Virus record (IMG/VR): IMGVR_UViG_3300025782_000073
Span: 1 to 24,261 of that record
Length of the DNA: 24,261 nt
Source: a virus
Lineage: Duplodnaviria > Caudoviricetes
Direction: 5' to 3' (one strand)
Shown: in pieces, positions 1-6,199 of the stretch
Numbering within the stretch: position 1 is the stretch's first letter
Layout: each line of letters starts with the position of its first letter
Notes under the pieces: generated by a model
Seen by the model: only the letters and a program-made list of their open reading frames with translations
Told to the model about the DNA's origin: nothing
The model's database searches: none
Translations under genes and position numbers: made by a program

Positions 1-106
1 CTTGTGCATTTAGCAAACGAACATAACCAAGCGTGTTTTCATTGTGGTCTACAAGCAAACGCAGCTCTTCTTGCAACCGTTTTAGATACGTTGTTGGTTT
101 ATCCAT
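1..106 (-). CDS. Hypothetical protein, N-terminal part (runs off the window)
   Basis: ATG at 106 overlaps the end of the 99..443 ORF; the frame (MDKPTTYLKRLQEEL...) is open to the window edge. Confidence 0.55.
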   Translation of the reverse strand, partial: MDKPTTYLKRLQEELRLLVDHNENTLGYVRLLNAQ

Positions 107-443
107 TGTTCTTCTCCTTGAGTTTGGCTTCGATGGCTCGGGCGCGACCTTCTGCTGTGATGTAATTTCCCAAACATTCATCGCGCTCCTCATCCGTCAA
201 CCCAACCCATTCACGCTTGCCCATTGCGTTGACTGCTTTGTCCACGCTTGATTGCATCTGTTTTTGCATTCCATCAATAAAGCCACGCTCGTATTCGCTG
301 GCGTGCTTTCGCCAATCATCGTTGATATCCTGCAGTATCTGCTTGCCCAAGTTGGACTGTCTTTCCACCTCGTTAAAGGCTTCGTCTTCCTCCGGCGTCC
401 AATCAACGCTGAGTCGGTCAAATACAAGTTCTACTTTTTTCAT
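99..443 (-). CDS. Hypothetical phage protein
   Basis: 114-aa ORF with AGGAG SD; C-terminal WVGLTDEE...RAIEAKLKEKN module typical of small phage proteins. Confidence 0.75.
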   Translation of the reverse strand: MKKVELVFDRLSVDWTPEEDEAFNEVERQSNLGKQILQDINDDWRKHASEYERGFIDGMQKQMQSSVDKAVNAMGKREWVGLTDEERDECLGNYITAEGRARAIEAKLKEKNNG

Positions 444-452
444 TGCTACTCC

Positions 453-674
453 TTAGATGATGGTTGTTCTGCGGGTGGCGGACTTTGGAAAGAACACCAG
501 CGAGAAGACGGGGAAGTCGATCTCTTCTTTCGGGTCAACCCGCTCGGTGTTAATAATTACAGCGCCTTGCTGCATGTGGCGACGTAGTTCTCCGCCGCTC
601 ATGTCAGTGCATGGATGCTCTGCTGACATAGGAATGGCAGGGCGTAAGTTGCTCAGGTATTGCAGGGCGTTCAT
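453..674 (-). CDS. Small protein with S4-like RNA-binding motif
   Basis: SGGELRRHMQQGAVIINTERV resembles the S4 consensus SxSEARRLIxQGAVxINGxxV; ATGA coupling with the upstream gene. Confidence 0.6.
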   Translation of the reverse strand: MNALQYLSNLRPAIPMSAEHPCTDMSGGELRRHMQQGAVIINTERVDPKEEIDFPVFSLVFFPKSATRRTTII

Positions 675-907
675 TGCTGCTCATTCAACTTCTTTTTCAG
701 TGCACGGTTCTCATCCATGACTTCTTGAAGCATCTTTAGATGTTCTTTGTGGCGCTGCTCCATGACGGAAACCACTTTTTCAAAGTCAAGCATCCATTTC
801 TTGATTGCTTGCTTGAGTAGCTCGGCGTTATACCAAATGTAGTGTTCGGTGACACCTTCAATCTTTACGCTGTCTTTCACAATAAATTCTTTAGTATTCT
901 CATCCAT
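671..907 (-). CDS. Hypothetical coiled-coil protein
   Basis: ATG at 907 (MDENTKEF...) overlaps the exonuclease stop and follows a GGAG SD. Confidence 0.7.
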   Translation of the reverse strand: MDENTKEFIVKDSVKIEGVTEHYIWYNAELLKQAIKKWMLDFEKVVSVMEQRHKEHLKMLQEVMDENRALKKKLNEQQ

Positions 908-1769
908 GTTGCTGCTCCTGGTAACGTTTCCACTGATCACAAAAAGGTGCTGCTTGGCAGTAGCCCTCGCAGCGCGTTCTACCGCCAGGACGAACCTCAA
1001 TGGCGTATCCCTTGGTCAATACCGCTTCAGCTTCTTCCAGCGTCTTGTGGACTGATTTGGCCCGCTTACCGCCCTCTTTCATCACGGCGTACATCGTGGG
1101 TTTCTCCCACATCTCTTCAGGTGTGCATTCAGGCAGGTCGAAGTTGGCGGCGATCGCAAACACGGCATCGTTGTGTGCGCTCAGGCGTCTGGCTACATAC
1201 TGCTCGGCGTATTGAAAATCCCAGATCGGGATATCAATGATGACCACTGGGGCTTGTGGGTAGTTCTCGCGGGTAGTTGCTTCGCGGGCAGACCAGTCGC
1301 GGATGATGGCGCAAATCTGCAGCTTCTTTACATTACTTTGCTTTACTTTACGAACCAGCCAAGCATAGATGTTCAGCTGGTTCTCCCAATCGGCCTTGGT
1401 GTTCATAACAGACCATGCACCAGTAACTTTGTAGTCGCTGATGATGATGCCGTCTTCCTCGACTTCTTGCAGGTCAATAGCGCCAGAGATATGCCAGCCG
1501 TTAAATTCGATGTGCAGCCGCTCTTCAACGATGTGGTGATTGTCTTTGCCGTGCTCCAAGATGCCGTGGACGGCGGAGCCAAAGATAGACCAGACCATTT
1601 CAGAGGCGTCTTGTGTCAGCTCATCCCAATGCTTGTTCTTTAGCTGAACAATGCGGGGCGAATTCAGAATTTCTGTAGCAGATATCTGGGACGCGCCCTT
1701 GGAATACTGAGGCCGCTTGATCACATTTACAAATGTGTCCGGCAAGTTGTGGACATTGGTTATACGCAT
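900..1769 (-). CDS. PD-(D/E)XK exonuclease (Cas4/RecB-like phage recombination nuclease)
   Basis: G..VH..LE, GAIDL, DYK and QLNIY motifs; C-terminal Cys cluster CEGYC...PFC; AGGAG SD. Confidence 0.85.
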   Translation of the reverse strand: MRITNVHNLPDTFVNVIKRPQYSKGASQISATEILNSPRIVQLKNKHWDELTQDASEMVWSIFGSAVHGILEHGKDNHHIVEERLHIEFNGWHISGAIDLQEVEEDGIIISDYKVTGAWSVMNTKADWENQLNIYAWLVRKVKQSNVKKLQICAIIRDWSAREATTRENYPQAPVVIIDIPIWDFQYAEQYVARRLSAHNDAVFAIAANFDLPECTPEEMWEKPTMYAVMKEGGKRAKSVHKTLEEAEAVLTKGYAIEVRPGGRTRCEGYCQAAPFCDQWKRYQEQQHG

Positions 1770-1822
1770 TCATACTCCTATAATTGGGGTTACGAACATC
1801 CTTACTGGTTGTTCTGGTAGAT

Positions 1823-1851
1823 ATGCTATCAGGTATATTCTGGAAATGCAA
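1823..1851 (-). promoter_or_regulatory. Sigma70-like promoter for the leftward exonuclease operon
   Basis: TTGCAT-17 bp-TAGCAT on the minus strand. Confidence 0.55.
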
Positions 1852-1870
1852 CACATGAGGAAAAATATTT

Positions 1871-2164
1871 ATGGCACGTAGGGCGATGAGGCAGGACGAC
1901 AATCATGGGGCGGTGGTGACTGCTCTGCGGGCGATGGGTGCTACGGTGCATACGATCAGCCAAGGCGGTGGGATACCGGACTTGCTGGTGGGTTATAAGG
2001 GGAAGACGGCGCTGCTGGAAGTGAAGGACGGGGACAAGCCGCCGAGTGCGAGAAAGCTGACGGAGCCGGAGGAGAAGTTCTTTGCGAGCTGGTCAGGTGG
2101 TCCGCTGTTTATAGTGAACAGTCCTGAGGAGGCTTGTGCCATGCTGGAGCATCTTGGAGCGTAG
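1871..2164 (+). CDS. VRR-NUC-family / Holliday junction resolvase-like nuclease
   Basis: GIPDLLVG...LEVK...KLT motif in a stand-alone 97-aa domain; GAGG SD. Confidence 0.8.
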   Translation: MARRAMRQDDNHGAVVTALRAMGATVHTISQGGGIPDLLVGYKGKTALLEVKDGDKPPSARKLTEPEEKFFASWSGGPLFIVNSPEEACAMLEHLGA

Positions 2165-2174
2165 TGGAGCATTG

Positions 2175-2183
2175 TGGTATACT
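2175..2183 (+). promoter_or_regulatory. Extended -10 promoter
   Basis: TG-G-TATACT directly upstream of a short terminator-bounded unit. Confidence 0.45.
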
Positions 2184-2189
2184 GAACCC

Positions 2190-2249
2190 GCTATTGCATT
2201 CATACATCCCTTGGTGGGTTCCACGGCTTCTTCGGAGGCCGTTTTTTTT
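2190..2249 (+). ncRNA. Candidate ~60-nt trans-acting antisense sRNA
   Basis: Bounded by an extended -10 and an intrinsic terminator; 2196-2212 is complementary to the SD/ATG regions of the exonuclease and helicase genes. Confidence 0.45.
2223..2249 (+). terminator. Rho-independent terminator
   Basis: ACGGCTTC-TTCG-GAGGCCGT stem with a C(UUCG)G loop followed by a T run. Confidence 0.85.
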
Positions 2250-2290
2250 GCTGGTAATATTACCACTTGGCAGGTACAATTGTTCCTGCG

Positions 2291-2395
2291 TACCAAGACG
2301 CATGGGGATTGGCATAAATGGCTTACCCGCTGGAATAAACCGACAAATACCGGGTTAATGCCAAGTCGGGCTAACAGTCCCCAGTCGTGTTGGTA
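2291..2395 (+). ncRNA. Structured RNA element (long closing stem)
   Basis: TACCAAGACG/CGTGTTGGTA (one mismatch) and TGGGGATTG/CAGTCCCCA enclose a ~60-nt interior. Confidence 0.45.
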
Positions 2396-2399
2396 ATGG

Positions 2400-2469
2400 G
2401 TTGGGGGCGAGTAGGCGAAAGCTGAAAGGGTCGCCGTGTGCAGATACACCCTGCGATGCACACACCAAC
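2400..2469 (+). ncRNA. Compact three-way-junction RNA element
   Basis: Stems GTTGG/CCAAC, GGCGA/TCGCC and GTGTGCA/TGCACAC; GAAA tetraloop; AGUA/GAA loop-E motif. Confidence 0.4.
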
Positions 2470-2477
2470 AATATTTT

Positions 2478-2626
2478 CGGGTTGAAGCGTGATGTGGTGG
2501 CACGATTGCACATTGGGTGCAAAACTTCTTCTGTGGCTACTTGCTTGAACGGCAACTTCTAGAGTGCGTAATAAACAGCAGGGTGTGTTAGAAGTCTATC
2601 TGGTTCGACTCCAGACGACCCGACCA
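2478..2626 (+). tRNA. Aberrant tRNA-like RNA (Pro-type acceptor end, 76-nt variable region)
   Basis: 7-bp acceptor CGGGTTG/CGACCCG plus A-CCA; T-arm TCTGG-TTCGACT-CCAGA; D-arm CGTG/CACG; anticodon arm TTGCA-CATTGGG-TGCAA. Confidence 0.6.
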
Positions 2627-2630
2627 ATTT

Positions 2631-2707
2631 AGGGGGAAAGCGGATGCTGGTTACTTGTTCTAGACAGGGCACATAAAGAGACACTAGACGCAGCGAGTAC
2701 CCCACCT
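2631..2707 (+). ncRNA. Hairpin RNA element with loop-E motif
   Basis: GGGG-GAAA-GC...GC-GAGTA-CCCC with inner stems TGC/GCA and TGGT/ACTA. Confidence 0.4.
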
Positions 2708-2718
2708 AAAAAAAGTTG

Positions 2719-2745
2719 TTGACAACAGTTCTATCTGTGTATAAT
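2719..2745 (+). promoter_or_regulatory. Sigma70-like promoter
   Basis: Consensus TTGACA and TATAAT with a short 15-bp spacer; A-tract upstream. Confidence 0.6.
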
Positions 2746-2797
2746 CCAAAACATCAACGGATTGGTAACCCGTTGTAGTTCGTAGAAACGCAACCGC

Positions 2798-2905
2798 AAA
2801 CCCATTGGTGAGCGGGCTTCGTCAAAGCTGGGATGTCCTGTCTACGCAGGCTCTTATGCGGCAACCAAGCCTAAAGCTCGTTCACCAATGGGTTTTTTGC
2901 TTTTT
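2798..2905 (+). terminator. Long-stem terminator/attenuator
   Basis: 22-bp stem 2798-2819 / 2874-2895 (two G-U pairs) closing a ~54-nt interior, followed by T tracts. Confidence 0.65.
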
Positions 2906-2908
2906 AGC

Positions 2909-3330
2909 CGTATACCTTGATCTGGTAATTTAACGGGCACATGAACGGTTTGGCCCAGATCGAGAGCCATAAAAAGTATCGACGTGGCAAGCGCGGGTGG
3001 AGATAGCGCCAGATGTTGAGTAAACCGCCAGAACGGATCTAGGTCGAGAGATTGAGGTAATCCGGGGCAACGGCAACATTTGGGACAAGCTCGGTCAGTG
3101 CGCTAAGAAGGGGTCTCACAATGGGCCTAAATGTCTGACAGCTACGGCGGAACATTGAGAGATGACCGTAGCCAATGTAACGAAGGAAACGACCGACGTG
3201 ATATTGTTCTTCAGCCAACCCCGCGTCCTGTGGGCTAGGGGTGGGTTGTGTCCAGAGCTTCAGTCTTCTCCCTCCGTGATGTGGGTGTAATACCTTGTAT
3301 TTAGTGGCTCAGACCGATACTTACCGGAGA
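2909..3330 (+). ncRNA. Candidate large structured ncRNA / leader upstream of the HNH gene
   Basis: No ORF of 60 aa or more; stems 2916-25/2955-64, 3076-84/3126-34, 3141-47/3166-72, 3212-22/3238-48; possible pseudoknot 3152-57/3173-78. Confidence 0.45.
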
Positions 3331-3335
3331 TGTAG

Positions 3336-3929
3336 ATGGCTAATCAGGTTGATAAGAGAGTTAAGGGTAGTGCCTTACCTTGGTTTATCACGTCGCGGGT
3401 CCGAGCTGATCGTCGGCTGGGGCTGAGTGAGATGGAGCAGGCGTGTCTAGCCCTGGAGGCTGAAGGTATGCCCTGCCCTGCCGATGTAAGCTTTGAGGCG
3501 TGGGTCAGGACCAACTTTGCCTATATCTGTGCTAGGTATATGGAGAAGTATCCAAAGCCTATTGGCAGTAAGGTAAAGCCCCGTCCGTCCAGGGCTCAGC
3601 GCAAGGCAGCTAGTCAACTTCGTCGTAACGCCAAGTCAGAAAAAGCGCCCGTTAAGCGGGTCGTCAAGGTGTGTGGTGTTGATGTGACCACCGACGCCTT
3701 TTTATCGACGTATGAATGGCGCAGGGTGCGTATGGAGGCGCTGAAGAAGTTTGGGCCTAAGTGTCAGTGCTGTGGAGCTACTCCCGCCCAAGGAGCTGTT
3801 ATGAACGTTGACCACATCAAGCCACGTAAGCTGTATCCAAACTTAGCCCTCAATGTAAACAATCTTCAGATCCTATGCCATGAGTGCAACCACGGTAAGG
3901 GCAATTGGGATCAAACCGACTGGCGGTAA
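3336..3929 (+). CDS. HNH endonuclease with basic N-terminal extension
   Basis: CQCCG...VDHIKP...NLQILCHECNHGK zinc-binding HNH motif; GGAG SD. Confidence 0.9.
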   Translation: MANQVDKRVKGSALPWFITSRVRADRRLGLSEMEQACLALEAEGMPCPADVSFEAWVRTNFAYICARYMEKYPKPIGSKVKPRPSRAQRKAASQLRRNAKSEKAPVKRVVKVCGVDVTTDAFLSTYEWRRVRMEALKKFGPKCQCCGATPAQGAVMNVDHIKPRKLYPNLALNVNNLQILCHECNHGKGNWDQTDWR

Positions 3930-3958
3930 AAATAATTTGACGGAGATGAAAAAAAGTA

Positions 3959-3986
3959 TTGCATGATAATTTTCCTATGATATGCT
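3959..3986 (+). promoter_or_regulatory. Sigma70-like promoter
   Basis: TTGCAT-16 bp-TATGCT with an A-tract upstream. Confidence 0.5.
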
Positions 3987-4041
3987 ACCACCTACAAAGA
4001 CACCAGAACAACCAGTTGACAATTACAGGGAGCACGGCAAA

Positions 4042-4497
4042 ATGAGAAAACGGACAAAGCGCAAGGTGTATGCACTGGTGAACGTTATTCAGCACGCTAT
4101 GGAGGGAGCGGCGCTGGTAGACGGTAAGCCGCTGGAGGATTTAAGGACGAGGGAGTTGCTGGCTTTGGAGGCGTTCCGATCGGGCACAGCGACACCGAAT
4201 GATTGGCGGTCTATTTCGGCGATGGTGAACATTGCTGAGGTGATGGCTAAGAAGGGCGTGGGGCCAGAGGCGATTGAGGTTTGCCGAGAGGCGGAGCTTC
4301 AGTTGCTGGATGACCATGTCAGGTTTGAGAAGACCGGAAAGATGGGCACGACAGCGGGGGGCTTAACGGCTTACCGCGAGGTGTATGAATACCATGACTT
4401 GCAGAGGACATCTATCAGCAGGTCAGAGTATGAGAGGTGGATAAAGAAGACCGCTGACATTTTGAAGAGCGGCCAGGATGTAGTTCATTTAACCTAA
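4042..4497 (+). CDS. Hypothetical phage protein
   Basis: ATG at 4042 after GGGAG; 151 aa (MRKRTKRK...). Confidence 0.75.
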   Translation: MRKRTKRKVYALVNVIQHAMEGAALVDGKPLEDLRTRELLALEAFRSGTATPNDWRSISAMVNIAEVMAKKGVGPEAIEVCREAELQLLDDHVRFEKTGKMGTTAGGLTAYREVYEYHDLQRTSISRSEYERWIKKTADILKSGQDVVHLT

Positions 4498-4509
4498 AAA
4501 GGAGTTTGT

Positions 4510-4857
4510 ATGAAACGAGAGATTAACGATAACGTGGCGGCTTGTAAACAGATCGATCACGACCAGCGGCTGGTAACGTTACCAGTTTACGTTCACCACT
4601 ACCGCCAATACGATGGCAAGTTTGCTTTTTCGATCTCATCGTTTGACCAAAGCAAATACAGCTCGGAGTATGTGTTGGTGGGTAAGACTGAGTTGGTGTA
4701 TTTAGTTCCAGAGGAATTCGATCCGATCGCCCAAGAGGTGGCTGCCCTGCGCCGCAAGAAGATGGACGTGATCAATGAGTTCAATAAGCGGGTCAAAGAG
4801 ATCGAGGAGCAGATCGGTAAGCTGACTGCTATTGAACACACGCCTGCGGAGTTCTGA
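4510..4857 (+). CDS. Hypothetical protein
   Basis: AAGGAG SD; 115 aa with a C-terminal coiled coil. Confidence 0.75.
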   Translation: MKREINDNVAACKQIDHDQRLVTLPVYVHHYRQYDGKFAFSISSFDQSKYSSEYVLVGKTELVYLVPEEFDPIAQEVAALRRKKMDVINEFNKRVKEIEEQIGKLTAIEHTPAEF

Positions 4858-4858
4858 C

Positions 4859-5248
4859 ATGGGAGTAGCAACAGCAGTCGCCATCTCGGCGGCAACATCA
4901 GCAAATATTGCGGCTCAGCACGCAGCAGAATCAGCAGCTCGGGCAGAGTGCATAGCCTACGTGCCAACCTATAAACACGCAGGGGCTACGCTGGAACAGA
5001 TCCACTACTACGCCTATTGCGCGGAGAAGCTATACCCTCAGCCGCATGACGTAGACCGTAATGACGTCATCATATTCAAGGTTGCTTTGATCTTGATCTT
5101 TATCGGTGCTGGCGTAGGCGCTTATTTGAATCGTGACGATTATGATGGACCGTTTATTGGCGCGTTGTATGGCTCGGTGGGAATGCTTTTAGCCGAGTTC
5201 ATTTTGGCCATTGTTGTGATGGCTTTGTACTTTATATTTTTGGGGTGA
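4859..5248 (+). CDS. Hypothetical membrane protein
   Basis: ATG 1 nt after the upstream stop; two C-terminal hydrophobic helices. Confidence 0.7.
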   Translation: MGVATAVAISAATSANIAAQHAAESAARAECIAYVPTYKHAGATLEQIHYYAYCAEKLYPQPHDVDRNDVIIFKVALILIFIGAGVGAYLNRDDYDGPFIGALYGSVGMLLAEFILAIVVMALYFIFLG

Positions 5249-5251
5249 ATC

Positions 5252-5452
5252 ATGACCGGAAGCTATTACATCGGCCAGACCAAGGCACCGCTTGCGAAGG
5301 AGTGGCGCTTGGTCGCCAAGGGGGACGACCCTATGGAAGTCGCCAAGAAGACCACTGCCCTAGCCAACAAGGGCGAGACGATGGCTCGCGTGATGTGGGT
5401 ATCGGATGAGCGGTGGGACAACACCAAAGTAATTCAGGAGATGAAGGTATGA
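5252..5452 (+). CDS. Hypothetical protein
   Basis: 66-aa ORF tightly packed in the operon; GGGGTG SD. Confidence 0.65.
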   Translation: MTGSYYIGQTKAPLAKEWRLVAKGDDPMEVAKKTTALANKGETMARVMWVSDERWDNTKVIQEMKV

Positions 5453-5700
5453 CTGACGAACAAATTGCAAAACTATATGACCAAGCCTTGGTTATTAAAA
5501 GCAATGGTGACTATGTTGCTGGCGAATTAGACCCCGTAAAGTTTGCCAGATTGGTAGCACAACATGAGCGTGAGGCGTGTGCAGAGTTGCGCAAAACTTT
5601 GTCAGCCATTCCAAATAGCCATGTTCCACAATTACAACCAGCAGTTGATTCTGCGCTTGATTTTTATGCCGAAAGAATCCGAGCAAGAGGTGAAGCATGA
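5449..5700 (+). CDS. Hypothetical phage protein
   Basis: ATGA overlap; FARLVAQHEREACA...IRARG motif common in small phage proteins. Confidence 0.7.
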   Translation: MTDEQIAKLYDQALVIKSNGDYVAGELDPVKFARLVAQHEREACAELRKTLSAIPNSHVPQLQPAVDSALDFYAERIRARGEA

Positions 5701-5870
5701 CTGACACATCAAAAGAATACACATTTACTGCGCCACCTAAACCCGTGGGATATTGGGTTTTGTATGAAGGCGCACCGCAGCTAATGATGTTTGCGATGCA
5801 CCATAAACCGACTGAACAGCAGATCAAGAACACAGAAGAACTGCTGGGATGGAAATGGAGAGACGCATGA
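5697..5870 (+). CDS. Small hypothetical protein (57 aa)
   Basis: GAGG SD, ATGA overlaps at both ends; MTDTSKEYTF...LGWKWRDA (translated by hand). Confidence 0.6.
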   Translation: MTDTSKEYTFTAPPKPVGYWVLYEGAPQLMMFAMHHKPTEQQIKNTEELLGWKWRDA

Positions 5871-6004
5871 CTGACGACTATGACTTTGACATTGAAGAAC
5901 TGCGCCAAGAAGTAGCCGCTGAAAAGCGTTACTACAACCAGCTTATTCGCCACCCCAACCCGCAAGACCCTGACTATCCAGAGCTGGAGGACGATGATGA
6001 ATAA
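5867..6004 (+). CDS. Small acidic hypothetical protein (45 aa)
   Basis: GGAG SD, ATGA overlap; MTDDYDFDIEEL...HPNPQDPDYPELEDDDE. Confidence 0.55.
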   Translation: MTDDYDFDIEELRQEVAAEKRYYNQLIRHPNPQDPDYPELEDDDE

Positions 6005-6089
6005 CTGGCCTTTTCCGACTCAGCTGCCGCCCGACAAGGCAGGACTACCGCCATTCAATCCTGACAACCATGAGGAAGCGCCTTGGTAA
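5997..6089 (+). CDS. Small Pro-rich peptide (30 aa)
   Basis: GGAGG SD; MNNWPFPTQLPP...EEAPW. Confidence 0.45.
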   Translation: MNNWPFPTQLPPDKAGLPPFNPDNHEEAPW

Positions 6090-6199
6090 AAGTAACAGTA
6101 GCCGTCTTCTGGGCGGCACTGTTTTTCACTGGTCTGTATTTCATGGCCGGTGAATTGTTTGGAAACTAATGCAAAATTGACGACCCCAAAGGAACAATA

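Noticed and set aside
900-1769. Cas4 as part of a CRISPR system
   Set aside because: No repeat-spacer array or other cas genes in the window; stand-alone PD-(D/E)XK nucleases are common in phages.
2478-2626. tmRNA or intron-containing tRNA
   Set aside because: No G3-U70 alanine identity and too short for tmRNA; the extra sequence lies in the variable region, not the anticodon loop, and is too small for a group I intron.
3336-3929. IscB/Cas9-like nuclease
   Set aside because: Only an HNH domain is visible; no RuvC or PLMP motifs in 197 aa.
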